Shown here piece by piece: positions 37,477-46,991 of a stretch of 64,000 nucleotides of DNA. Below the pieces are notes generated by a model. It was not told the origin of the DNA. It made no database searches and was given only the letters and a program-made list of their open reading frames with translations. Positions within the stretch are counted from its first letter, which is position 1. Every line of letters begins with the position of its first letter. The position numbers and the translations under genes were made by a program. The DNA lies in the IMG/VR virus record IMGVR_UViG_3300016467_000405. One strand, 5' to 3'. Source of the DNA: an uncultured virus (IMG/VR IMGVR_UViG_3300016467_000405) (taxonomy: Duplodnaviria; Heunggongvirae; Uroviricota; Caudoviricetes).

Positions 37477-38391
37477 TCAGCTTGAGCCCTGAGAACCAAA
37501 GATTCCAAGGTAATCGGACCACCCGAAGCTATACCTCTCACGCGCCTTGTATCTAGCGTTACCCGTGTCAAAGTCAGCGTCCATTGAAGTAGACAGCGGG
37601 GTACGGACAAAGTGCTTGAGGCCGTTCGGTACATCAGTGCTGAGGAACCAAGCGTTGGTGTCAGTCAACCAGTGGTTAACGGTGTAACCGCCGGGGATAG
37701 AACCATTGTTCTTCAGAGCGTTGATGTCGTTGTCGGTGGTGCCAACACGGAGCTCAGTTTCGAGAAGGCGAGTAGCCACGAACTGCAGGGCAGACGGGAT
37801 GATCAGCTTCTTTGGCTTAGCTGCGATGAGCAGGCCACGTTCATCGGTCCACAGAGAGATCTGAATAACCGCATTTTCAAGTGAGGTTTCGTTCAGGTCG
37901 GCTGCGGTAGCAGGTACGTTAGAGATCGTACCGCCGTAGGTCAGGGGGTGTGCATTATTACACAAGGTCTTGCCGTCGCCACCAGTATAGTTGGTATTGA
38001 AAGCGTTGTTGAGGATGTTGGCACCCTTAACTTCCTTGGTGTAGGCCATAGCACGAGCCAGCGCCTTGGTATAACGAGCAGACAGTGAGTCATACAGGTT
38101 ATCTTCAATAGCTTCTTCGGTCAGAGAGAAGCCAAGAGCGATGGTTTCGTGGGTGTAGCGGGTAGACCATGCTTCCTGCGCATTGTCATAAGCAATGGCA
38201 CTACCTTCGTTCTTGACAGGAGCAGCACCGAAACCGGAGAGCTTCTGTTCTTCTTCAAAGGAACGCTCAGAACTTTCGATCTCGAAGAGTTCCTTGTATT
38301 CCTCACCATACCGCTCATATTCCAGACCGAACAGGGCGTTCAGACCGGGGAGCAGCTCTTTAAGTAATTGCGCGCGTGAAATAGCAGCCAT
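37477..38391 (-). CDS. Major capsid protein
   Basis: AISRAQLLKELLPGLNALFGLEY...DFDTGNARYKARERYSFG; strongly biased codon usage; followed by a terminator. Confidence 0.9.
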   Translation of the reverse strand: MAAISRAQLLKELLPGLNALFGLEYERYGEEYKELFEIESSERSFEEEQKLSGFGAAPVKNEGSAIAYDNAQEAWSTRYTHETIALGFSLTEEAIEDNLYDSLSARYTKALARAMAYTKEVKGANILNNAFNTNYTGGDGKTLCNNAHPLTYGGTISNVPATAADLNETSLENAVIQISLWTDERGLLIAAKPKKLIIPSALQFVATRLLETELRVGTTDNDINALKNNGSIPGGYTVNHWLTDTNAWFLSTDVPNGLKHFVRTPLSTSMDADFDTGNARYKARERYSFGWSDYLGIFGSQGSS

Positions 38392-38404
38392 TTAAGTTAC
38401 TCCC

Positions 38405-39040
38405 TTAGATACCGGTAGCCTGACGATAGAAGTGCAGACCAAAGTTATAGGTTACGAGGATCTGCTGGAACGTGCCATCAGACAGAGCGGTTTCCTTAAC
38501 CGTGTCAACAATACGGAACGGCAGGGTGCTAGTCGTTGCTGCAGATGCAAAGTTTGCAGAAATCTGGCTGTTGCCGGTCGTGGTGTTAACAGGGGTGGCT
38601 GGCTGGTAGTACCCAATGTTTTCGCCTACGTTAGCCTGAGTTGCGCCGCCAGAGGTGTAAGTAACACCAGAAGCATTGGTCAGGGTTACGAGGAAAATCG
38701 CATCGGGATCTTCGCAGACATACGCACGGGCGTTGTTTGCTACCGTTCCAGACGGCCAGTACTGAGAATCAATAAAATACTTAGTACCCGTGGTCTGTTC
38801 ATAACGACAACCAAGGAAGATACCGACCGGAGCAGTGGCAAAAGCTGCCTTTGCGCCAGAAGACGTATCGACACGGACGATAGTACCGTCAGTGGTATAG
38901 GTTACAAGGTCACCATAGCCGATGTTCTGAGCGTACCCAGAAGCAATCGGAATCTGGCGGATAGCTGCGTTGTAAACGCGACCACCAAGAAGGTTTACCG
39001 GAGTAAAACCAGCGGGGGCCATATTTGCAGGATATGCCAT
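38405..39040 (-). CDS. Minor capsid/cement protein
   Basis: Upstream of the capsid gene; I.SGY..NI..GD.V, G.F.GC.Y, V..DPD. Confidence 0.6.
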   Translation of the reverse strand: MAYPANMAPAGFTPVNLLGGRVYNAAIRQIPIASGYAQNIGYGDLVTYTTDGTIVRVDTSSGAKAAFATAPVGIFLGCRYEQTTGTKYFIDSQYWPSGTVANNARAYVCEDPDAIFLVTLTNASGVTYTSGGATQANVGENIGYYQPATPVNTTTGNSQISANFASAATTSTLPFRIVDTVKETALSDGTFQQILVTYNFGLHFYRQATGI

Positions 39041-39077
39041 ATAGAACTCCTAAATTTGAAATACGGCCCCTAAATGA

Positions 39078-39545
39078 TTAGGAACCGCTACCAAAAGACA
39101 CTTTGGATTTCCCTTCACGGAAAAGGGGCATCCGAGGATCGTTTTCGCGCAAGAAGTTATTGTCAACTGACTGCGTCTGCTTATAAGTCATGTCCGCGTA
39201 ATACGCATCACGTTGTCCAATTACTTCCGTAGGTGCTTTACAAAGCACCAGACCGCCAATCTCAATGAGATCAGAGGATGGAGCTAACCCAAATGCCGCA
39301 AAGTCAGAACTGATTTCAGGGTGATCAGAAGCCTTACATGGTACCCACCCTTCGCGTCTGGCTCGCGCCATATTCGCGGGATCAGGCGTACCCATCATTG
39401 AAACGCGAATCCAACGGAACCCATATCCATCAATAGGAGTGGGGATAGGAAGATCATGTGCGGGCTTCCAAGAAACCTGACGTGCTTCCGTCTCACGGGT
39501 TTCCGTAGACCGGGGCTTACGACTCAAATCGATCTGATTAGCCAT
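39078..39545 (-). CDS. Conserved head-module protein
   Basis: W.P...P.P.DGY.FRWIR, REGW.P, IGGL.LCK; start MANQIDL at 39545. Confidence 0.65.
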   Translation of the reverse strand: MANQIDLSRKPRSTETRETEARQVSWKPAHDLPIPTPIDGYGFRWIRVSMMGTPDPANMARARREGWVPCKASDHPEISSDFAAFGLAPSSDLIEIGGLVLCKAPTEVIGQRDAYYADMTYKQTQSVDNNFLRENDPRMPLFREGKSKVSFGSGS

Positions 39546-40473
39546 TGATATTTTGCTCCTTTGCTGCGTGCTTGGCATATACCTCAAGCGGTACACCAAG
39601 ACGTTTTGCTATAGCGACTTGCGATGCGGTCAGTGTGACTTTTTTGGAAGCGGTGGTTCTACCCACGGGTGCCACAGGTGATGCCTTCTTGGGTCGTTCA
39701 AATTTTTCGGGGAACCTCTGACGAATACCACTATCAATATTTTGATAGTACTCATCGCTGGTCGGATCAATTCCCGAATTCACCAATTTCTGATGCAAGC
39801 CGTAAGCAAGTGAGGTCATTTCCTCGTCCTTACCAAACCAAGGGTTGCGTGTTGCCCAATCTTCCGCTTTTGGGTCACGAGGTCTGGAAGGCGCTTCAGG
39901 CGTTGGTTGTGGATTATATACCGCAGTGTTTGGTTGCTGTAAAGGTTGATTTTGCTGCGCCACAGCTTGAGTTACATATGTAACTAATCTATCCCGTTGA
40001 ATAGCGAGTTCATTTAGCTCTTTACTAGCTTCCAAGGTGCCTTCCGTATCCCCCGCTTCATGTGCGCGGCGGTAACGATCTTCAGCGAGCTTTTGGGCCA
40101 TTTCAATCTTGGCCTGTGCTTCCTGAGTGTAAGCCTGCTGACCCCAAGTCAGAGTTTCCTTGAGTTTCTGATTCTCTTCCAGAATAGCCTGTGCTACACG
40201 CAAGGCTTCTTCACGCTCTCGAAGTACCTGCTCTTTCGCACGGCGCTCGTCATGGAACTTGTGGTTCATCTGATTGATGCGCTTTTTGACTTTATCGGAG
40301 TAGCTCTCCATTTCGTCTTCGCGATCATCCTCTTCCTGAGCAGTCAGCGGGCGGCGGCCCCTATCCTCTTCAGGCGTATCGTCTACCACTTCAATTTCGT
40401 AGCCCTGTTCTTCTGCTTCTTCTTGCAAGTGTTCAGGGATCTCAAATTCTTCGTTAATAATTTCCTTAGCCAT
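39538..40473 (-). CDS. Capsid scaffolding protein
   Basis: Acidic coiled coil; W..RNPWF; C-terminal LT.SQVAIAKRLGVPLE.YAK. Confidence 0.75.
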   Translation of the reverse strand: MAKEIINEEFEIPEHLQEEAEEQGYEIEVVDDTPEEDRGRRPLTAQEEDDREDEMESYSDKVKKRINQMNHKFHDERRAKEQVLREREEALRVAQAILEENQKLKETLTWGQQAYTQEAQAKIEMAQKLAEDRYRRAHEAGDTEGTLEASKELNELAIQRDRLVTYVTQAVAQQNQPLQQPNTAVYNPQPTPEAPSRPRDPKAEDWATRNPWFGKDEEMTSLAYGLHQKLVNSGIDPTSDEYYQNIDSGIRQRFPEKFERPKKASPVAPVGRTTASKKVTLTASQVAIAKRLGVPLEVYAKHAAKEQNING

Positions 40474-40481
40474 GACAGCTC

Positions 40482-40871
40482 CTAGTAAGCGCGATTAATA
40501 CCGCGGGGGTCGGCGACAGTGCCTTCGATCATGTCATCGTTGACGATGATGAATTCTTTGCCATCTACACTAAAACGCGAACCTGAATAGGCGCGCAGAA
40601 GAACAAAGTCTCCTTCCTTACACCAAGGCCCCGTAGGGAACTTGGCTTCGTCCTTGTAGCAAAGATCGCCCTGCTTGAGCACCAAACCTACAACAGCGCC
40701 TGCTTCTTCACGTTTAGCCGTGATATCAGCCAGAGCAATACCACCATCCGTGGTCTTGTTGATTTCCGGTTTGACGATCAACATCTTGTATCCCACAGGA
40801 TCGGGGAGACGATCAGCCAATTTTTCTGCACTTTCCTGAGTCTTTTCAGCGTCGATATTAGCGACAGACAT
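40482..40871 (-). CDS. groES: GroES-like co-chaperonin
   Basis: P.GYKMLIV.P...TDGGI.L...G.V...G...GDFVL...YSG...DGKEF.I.NDD. Confidence 0.85.
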   Translation of the reverse strand: MSVANIDAEKTQESAEKLADRLPDPVGYKMLIVKPEINKTTDGGIALADITAKREEAGAVVGLVLKQGDLCYKDEAKFPTGPWCKEGDFVLLRAYSGSRFSVDGKEFIIVNDDMIEGTVADPRGINRAY

Positions 40872-41053
40872 TAGTCTTCCTCATAACTTTGCAGGTCTTT
40901 TACCCGTTGCAGGGCGGAGGTTAGACCCGTGATCACCCCCGTGCTATGCCGATATTCGGCATAATCTTTGGCATTGCCGTAGGCAATGGAATCTTTGTAA
41001 GACTCGATTACTTCTTCGAGCTCCCGTTGCAGTACACCAAGTACAGTAGTCAT
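40871..41053 (-). CDS. Small conserved protein between portal and GroES
   Basis: G.AKDYAEYR...G.I.GL pattern. Confidence 0.6.
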   Translation of the reverse strand: MTTVLGVLQRELEEVIESYKDSIAYGNAKDYAEYRHSTGVITGLTSALQRVKDLQSYEED

Positions 41054-41061
41054 TCAGCACC

Positions 41062-43494
41062 TTACATAGGCGGTTGTGGAGGAACTGGTCCTTGCGGAGG
41101 CATAGCCATCTGCATTTCTTGTTGCTTCAGCGCTTCGGTCTGTTTCGTAGCGGCATCCATACCTTTGAAGAGAAGCTCAACTTTCTGATCTTCACCCTGC
41201 AGGAGGAGTTTGGCCTCGTTGTTAACCATGGCAATTTCTTTCTGAGCTTCAAGTTTTGCAAACTCGATCTCCTTCTTATCCCTAAGCTCCTGTTCCTTGA
41301 GCGCCAGTTCTTTCTGCTGCATCTGAAGCACGGGGTCCTGCATCTGCTGCTGGGCCTGCGCCTGAGCCGCTTGGCTCTGATTCTGCTGAAGGAGACGCTG
41401 CGCGCCGTCGGCGGCCAGCTTGGAAATCTGAACTTCAAGTTCCGGCGGAAGTTTTTGGCCCGGCGCCGGAAGCGACACACCCAATTGCTGCTCGACACCA
41501 CGGCGGTACTGAAACCCGACATGCTCTAAAATATGCGCCTGCATGGCCTGACCGATAGCCTGTGCTTGAGGATTCTGCCCCATGACCTGTGCGATTTTGG
41601 GGTCCTGCAGGGCGGCCTGATGTACGGCCAGATGTGCTTCATGGTCCTGTTCAAGGAAGGCCTTCACGGGCTTCATGTTCAGGATGTTCATATTCTCAGT
41701 CACAGGATCTACAGGCTGTGCATCTTCCTCAACCGGAATAATTTTCTCGGCGTCCTTGATCCCCATGGTCTGGAGGAACCCACGATGAAGTTCTGCAAGG
41801 TTGTAAATCTGAGGAGCCTGCTGGGCCAACTGAACAGCGGCCTGATATTGAATGATCCGCTGCGCCATTGTTGAAGCGTTTGGGTCGCTGACCGGAATAA
41901 TATCGGTCTTCTCATAGTCTTCCCGTTTCTGGGCGCGCGTGGCACCATAGTCCGGGTCATACTCGTATTCTGCCGGAGTGTAGTCCTTGATCAGAGCGGC
42001 AACCAGCTTGAATTCCTGCTCCATGCTGGCATGGACACGCGCCTGAACCGCGCTCATTACTTTCAGCGTACGCTCAAGAATCGCCAGCGTAGTGCCCACC
42101 GGGGCCTCGCCATTCATCTCGTTGAGTTTTACATCGGCGACAGCCGCCAGCCTGCGCCCTTCCTCTACAACATTCTGTAGAAGGTTAAACAGCGTTTGAC
42201 TTGGTTCTTTGTAGGGTAGGGGGAGAATGTTATCTCGGATGGATGAACCGGGTACGTCCACATCCCTCCATTCGCCGGGCATGATGGGGGTGTCATCGCC
42301 CTTGATACGGAGACCCCTAGACTTGAGACCACCCGGCAGGTTGCTCAGGGTGCCTGCATCGATCAACTGGCGGACAATACTGGTCGCGCTCTTGGTCGCA
42401 CCGCCAATCAGATGGATCAAACCATAGCCGTAAGCCCCAAATCCGGGGATGTACGTGTACTGCACGAAGTGCTGGCGCGCCTGCTTGAAGGGATCGTTCT
42501 CATCCCAGTTGCGGCGAATAGCCAGAATCTCCTGCGTACTCTTTTCAATCGTAACGATATAGGGAAGGGCGATACCTGTTTCTTCACCCGTTTCCGGGTC
42601 GATATCTTCAAACCCTTCAATATCCAGCTCAACCTGCATCTCCATGATGCGGTAGCGGTCATCCTTCAGCGCGCTGAAACCATCGGCTTCATCCTTACGC
42701 TTTTGAATGTCATCAAAATCCTTGCCGGGCTCACCGAGCTCCACATCCCTATAGAATCCGGCGTATTGGAGTTTCCTCACATCGTTCTTGGTCTTTCGCA
42801 TCACATGGGTGATACGCGGCGCACTGCGGGCATCCGAGGCGCCATACGGAATATAGAGATCTTCCGCCGGAACGAACATGGAGACCTGTCGATTGATCGA
42901 CGGGTCGAAGTAAACTTTCTTAAACGCGGCACCTGCCAGTGACAGGGACCACAACATCTTCTCGTGTTCAGGCCTGAACTCAACCATCTTCTCGGTCAAG
43001 TTGTAGTTCATGTCCTCTACAACACGGGCTGCCGCTTCCTGCGTAGTGCGATCATCCTTACCGACGATCTTGGCTTTAACAGGACCCATTGCAGGGAACG
43101 TCTCAGAGATCATTTCAGATTGGAAGCGAATGGCTGCTTCAGTCAGCATGGGGTGGTATACGCCACAGGCGCCATTCCACGGCTCCGTACGCTCTTCAAG
43201 AGTGAGACCCAGCAGATCCAACCCGTCTACATAGGTCTGTTCCCAGTCGCGGCGCGCCATGCGGTCGTTATCAAAGTCATCCATCAACTCAGCAGCGATG
43301 GAGTCCAGTACTGAAGGATCGATATATTCCGCAAGGTTGGCATCGAATGAAGGTTCTTGTTCCACTTCAATTTCAGCCTCAAACACATCCTCACCGTCTT
43401 CAGGTCCGATCACAACCTCAATCGGCTGATCATCGTCCTGCAAAAACGGCGACTGCGGAAGCATCGTCTTATCAATATTGGAAGGAGCTGCCAT
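41062..43494 (-). CDS. Portal protein
   Basis: 810 aa after TerL; PW.GACGV.HP, G.AFKKVY.D, LIDAGTLSNLPGG; Gln-rich barrel C-terminus. Confidence 0.9.
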   Translation of the reverse strand: MAAPSNIDKTMLPQSPFLQDDDQPIEVVIGPEDGEDVFEAEIEVEQEPSFDANLAEYIDPSVLDSIAAELMDDFDNDRMARRDWEQTYVDGLDLLGLTLEERTEPWNGACGVYHPMLTEAAIRFQSEMISETFPAMGPVKAKIVGKDDRTTQEAAARVVEDMNYNLTEKMVEFRPEHEKMLWSLSLAGAAFKKVYFDPSINRQVSMFVPAEDLYIPYGASDARSAPRITHVMRKTKNDVRKLQYAGFYRDVELGEPGKDFDDIQKRKDEADGFSALKDDRYRIMEMQVELDIEGFEDIDPETGEETGIALPYIVTIEKSTQEILAIRRNWDENDPFKQARQHFVQYTYIPGFGAYGYGLIHLIGGATKSATSIVRQLIDAGTLSNLPGGLKSRGLRIKGDDTPIMPGEWRDVDVPGSSIRDNILPLPYKEPSQTLFNLLQNVVEEGRRLAAVADVKLNEMNGEAPVGTTLAILERTLKVMSAVQARVHASMEQEFKLVAALIKDYTPAEYEYDPDYGATRAQKREDYEKTDIIPVSDPNASTMAQRIIQYQAAVQLAQQAPQIYNLAELHRGFLQTMGIKDAEKIIPVEEDAQPVDPVTENMNILNMKPVKAFLEQDHEAHLAVHQAALQDPKIAQVMGQNPQAQAIGQAMQAHILEHVGFQYRRGVEQQLGVSLPAPGQKLPPELEVQISKLAADGAQRLLQQNQSQAAQAQAQQQMQDPVLQMQQKELALKEQELRDKKEIEFAKLEAQKEIAMVNNEAKLLLQGEDQKVELLFKGMDAATKQTEALKQQEMQMAMPPQGPVPPQPPM

Positions 43495-43502
43495 GGGGGT
43501 AC

Positions 43503-43892
43503 CTATAAAATTTCGAGAAGCTTTTCGAGATAGTGCTGGGCCTTGGCGATATCCTCCTTGAACTCGCCTTTCTCACCTGCGCGCATGATATATGCTAACG
43601 CGGAGTGGCGATAATAACCAATTGCCTGTTCTTTGGGGCCTTGGTCAACGACCTCCCACGGCTGCACTGTCATATTTTTGTAGTGAGTACCACCGATCTG
43701 GCGGGTCTGCGCTATACCTGCGGTCATCTGTTTTATATTTGCAGCGCCCAATTCTTCAAATTCCTTGTTGCCGGGCATGAATTTTACGCGGTTGCCATCC
43801 TTATCCCATTCGTCTTCAAAGGTCATATCCTCAGTCTCGCAAAGCTTTTCCTGTTTCACGTTCCTATCCCTCAAGTGTATGTACATGTTCAA
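43503..43892 (-). CDS. DUF3310-like protein
   Basis: QIGGTHYK...QPW...Y..RAG.KG...DI.KA.HYLE. Confidence 0.75.
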   Translation of the reverse strand: MNMYIHLRDRNVKQEKLCETEDMTFEDEWDKDGNRVKFMPGNKEFEELGAANIKQMTAGIAQTRQIGGTHYKNMTVQPWEVVDQGPKEQAIGYYRHSALAYIMRAGEKGEFKEDIAKAQHYLEKLLEIL

Positions 43893-45409
43893 TAGTAGCT
43901 GGCCTTCCGCCCGCGGTAGAGTCCATAGTCGTACTCTTCCTCATCGCGCACGGTGCCAATGAACCCACCTGCACGGAACCTAGCCAGTGCAAGAGACACA
44001 CAGTCCACATAGTCATCATGGCGACCTGAAGGAAAGCTCGCTACTTCGTCAATCAACTCTTCAGCCCACCGCGTTTGCGGCGCCCAGACCTTACCTGAGG
44101 CAAATATGTCAGCAACCGCGTTCAGGCGCGTTATTTTGTCGTTTCCACGGGTAGGGGTGTACTCCTGTACAGGCACGCCCATTCGTCGCATCTCGTAGAT
44201 CAGAGGAGCTCCTGAGGCCTTTTTCTCAATAATGATCGAGTCAGGTTCCCATTCCTTGTAAAACTCCAGCACTCGCTCCTTAAGATCGGGGAACTCGAGC
44301 CGCTCTCGCCAAGCTTCAAGCAACATCAGGTTAGGCTGCCCACCATCCTCATCGTTGGTCCATACACCAAACACCACAATGGCCGAATAGTCGGCAGAAT
44401 TCTTCTTCTCGAAGGCGGTATCGAGGGTCATCAGAATGAAATCAGGAGGCGGCGGGTTCTTTTCCGTCCATGGTTGCCACCACTCGCGCTTTACGATGGC
44501 ATTCGCCTCCGATGTCGGCTGCTGCTGGTACTGAGCCTGCCATTTACCCGGAGGAATTTCATTTCTGACCGCTTCAAGCTCTTCAAGAGACCAAAACTCA
44601 GGCCAAAGCGGCTTGCCGCTAGGCAAGATCGCTGGAAACTCCACGACTTCCCACTTATCTCCGTTGTTCTTGGCACTATGTTCAAGAATCTGCCCGGTCA
44701 GATCACGCAACGACCACCGTGTCATTACGATAATGATGGCTCCGCCCGGCTGTAAGCGCTGACGAGGTCCAGATGTGTACCAACTGAAGACCTTATCGTA
44801 GATTTCCGGATTGAACTGGGCTAAGACGGCTTCCCCTTCCGAGTGCGGGTCATCGATAATAAGCAGATCGGCGCCGCGACCAGTAACTGTACCGCCAACA
44901 CCAGAAGCAAAATACTCACCGTTATAGTTTGTATTCCAACGCCCAGCAGCTTTTGAGTCAGTCCTAAGCTCAAGTTCTGGAAAAATGCGCCGATATTCAC
45001 TGGAGTCCACCAAGTTACGTACTTTACGACCAAACCCCTCGGCCAGCTCCGCCGTATTTGAGATCTGCATTATCTTCTTTTTGGGATATTGCCCCAAAAA
45101 CCACGCTGGAAGGAGATAGCTGGCAAACTCAGACTTCGTATGACGAGGCCCTAGGTTGATGATAATACGCTTTTTCTCACCGCGAGCTACCGCTTCAAAC
45201 AGCCGTGCTATGCGCCTGTGATGCGCACCGGATATAAAGTCCGGCCATACGGCATTGACGAACTCAATGAAGTCCACCTTAGCCTTTGCGCGCGTTTTGC
45301 GGGTATGCAACTCACCCAGCAGGGTCTCAAGTTTCTTGCGCTGATCGGCATTGGCTACGGAAAGTAGCTGTTCATATTCATCCGGGTCGATATGTTCCAG
45401 ATCAAACAC
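43889..45409 (-). CDS. terL: Terminase large subunit
   Basis: IINLGPRHTKSE, TGRGADLLIIDDP, MTRW, DTA...ADYSA, IEKKASG, HDDYVD. Confidence 0.95.
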   Translation of the reverse strand: MFDLEHIDPDEYEQLLSVANADQRKKLETLLGELHTRKTRAKAKVDFIEFVNAVWPDFISGAHHRRIARLFEAVARGEKKRIIINLGPRHTKSEFASYLLPAWFLGQYPKKKIMQISNTAELAEGFGRKVRNLVDSSEYRRIFPELELRTDSKAAGRWNTNYNGEYFASGVGGTVTGRGADLLIIDDPHSEGEAVLAQFNPEIYDKVFSWYTSGPRQRLQPGGAIIIVMTRWSLRDLTGQILEHSAKNNGDKWEVVEFPAILPSGKPLWPEFWSLEELEAVRNEIPPGKWQAQYQQQPTSEANAIVKREWWQPWTEKNPPPPDFILMTLDTAFEKKNSADYSAIVVFGVWTNDEDGGQPNLMLLEAWRERLEFPDLKERVLEFYKEWEPDSIIIEKKASGAPLIYEMRRMGVPVQEYTPTRGNDKITRLNAVADIFASGKVWAPQTRWAEELIDEVASFPSGRHDDYVDCVSLALARFRAGGFIGTVRDEEEYDYGLYRGRKASYY

Positions 45410-45956
45410 GTTCAGCGGTCCCCGTAATCACCTTTTCACTGGCTTTCGCTTTGAGCGAAGCAAATAGCTCCTTAAGCTCCTTGTTGAGTTCCTCATCCGA
45501 CCGACTAGTGATGTTGATCTCCTTTTTCTCGACCATGAGATTAGCCGCCGATGACTTGGCAATGGAGTCCAATGCCGCCTTGGCAATCTTAGGATCAGGG
45601 TCGTTAGCCAATGTATACCACTTCATCAGCACAAAATTCTTCCACTGCTCTTCCGTAACAGGCATAGGGAAGTCATACCGCTTAAACTCAGTACGCAGGT
45701 ATTTTTCCGCGGCGCGGGACGGTGCAGGAGCCAGAGGCTGCCCGTTCTCCAAAGTTTCGTTGACCCATGCCATCTCGGCATCGGAGAGCTTTTCAGGTTC
45801 CTTTACGACAATGGGTTTTGGTCGGGGTTCCGGCACAGGTCTAGGTGGCGGAGGGGGTGGTGCAGGCGGTAAACCGTTTTGAAATTCGGCAGTAGCAAAC
45901 ACCGAGCTCAAATGCTCAGGAGGGATGGGACCCAAAGGGATGATGAAATCGTCCAT
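45402..45956 (-). CDS. Putative terminase small subunit
   Basis: First late gene, overlapping the TerL start; helical DPKIAKAALD motif. Mainly a positional call. Confidence 0.5.
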   Translation of the reverse strand: MDDFIIPLGPIPPEHLSSVFATAEFQNGLPPAPPPPPPRPVPEPRPKPIVVKEPEKLSDAEMAWVNETLENGQPLAPAPSRAAEKYLRTEFKRYDFPMPVTEEQWKNFVLMKWYTLANDPDPKIAKAALDSIAKSSAANLMVEKKEINITSRSDEELNKELKELFASLKAKASEKVITGTAERV

Positions 45957-45992
45957 AAATTGTAAGCAGGGTAAGGAGGCCCAGATATGGAA

Positions 45993-46021
45993 ACGCTATC
46001 GTAGTAAGGCTTGGGTGTCAA
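45993..46021 (-). promoter_or_regulatory. Putative promoter of the late block
   Basis: TTGACA-N17-TAGCGT on the minus strand, 37 nt upstream of the ATG at 45956. Confidence 0.5.
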
Positions 46022-46503
46022 TTGAAAATTTTGCTATGAAATTTTTGGCTTTGCGTTTTGAAAAGGCATGGGGGGTGTTTTTCGGGTGACGGGGTAGTAG
46101 GGTCTATTTTGTGTATTTTGTACAGAATAAAATTTTGAGATGGGACCATTGGATGGAAATTGGGAATCGTTGGTGTGGAATACTATTTAAACCGCGCTAG
46201 AGGGACCCGCTGCCACAAGGGGGTTCCCACCCCCGGTGGGGTCCGCGCTTCGCCGCTGTCCGGGACTTCTGTTATCCCTCTCGCCGCCGCGTCAATGGTA
46301 TCGAGTCAATGCGATTAGCTAAAAAGTACGCAGGCCGCGCAGGCCGTGGCGTGTAAGGGATACAGAGGGAAACGTATTGACGGGATGGATTTATGGAAAG
46401 CACGCAAGTGATTGATTTATAAAAAGGAAAGCTTTGTTTGTTATATATATAATTAATGATTAAATAATAATATATATACCGCCCCCTCTAGGAAAATCAC
46501 ATT

Positions 46504-46529
46504 TTCCGTGAAACAATTCCGTGAAACAA
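46504..46529 (+). repeat. 13-bp tandem direct repeat
   Basis: TTCCGTGAAACAA x2. Confidence 0.85.
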
Positions 46530-46862
46530 TTTTGATCCCTATAAGGGGGGCCGTATTTTCGTTTTTGCATGTTTTCCCATTTTCATGCTGTCATTAAATA
46601 AACACGCAACAAACCATAATATCTACCTAATAAATCAAGTACTTGCGTCCTTTTCCTAAAACCCGCTTGTCCATACGCCAACCCCCGTAAACCTTACACT
46701 CCTTATAGGCCGGGCAATGCGTACTTTTAAAATTGCCCAAAATTGGCCTTTTTTTGTTGTGTCTACCCTTGTTTTGTACCATTGTTGTATCCATGTAATC
46801 CGAACGAAACCCGCGTACCGTAAGGCCTTGGGATGCATTACAAAAAAAGTAAGGCCAAAAGC

Positions 46863-46892
46863 TTGACAAAGTATAATTTTGTCCTCTAGTCT
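46863..46892 (+). promoter_or_regulatory. Putative early sigma70 promoter
   Basis: TTGACA-N18-TAGTCT upstream of the first early gene. Confidence 0.5.
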
Positions 46893-46991
46893 AATGGCCT
46901 GCCACGGATGGCGGCCCGGAAGGGAACCAAGGGAAACCACATGCGGCCTATACCTACCATAGGCCGCCAACCAACCCGAGAGACTACAACA

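Larger units (their letters stand above)
45957..46991. other. ~1 kb non-coding divergence region (candidate origin and/or packaging region)
   Basis: No credible ORF; AT-rich core at 46441-46478; 13-bp tandem repeat; inverted 19-bp IHF-consensus pair; divergent promoters. Confidence 0.6.

Noticed and set aside
5563..45882. Numerous + strand ORFs opposite the virion genes (e.g. 6031-6705, 38432-39073, 45286-45882)
   Set aside because: These are shadow ORFs of well-supported minus-strand genes, with no recognisable motifs.
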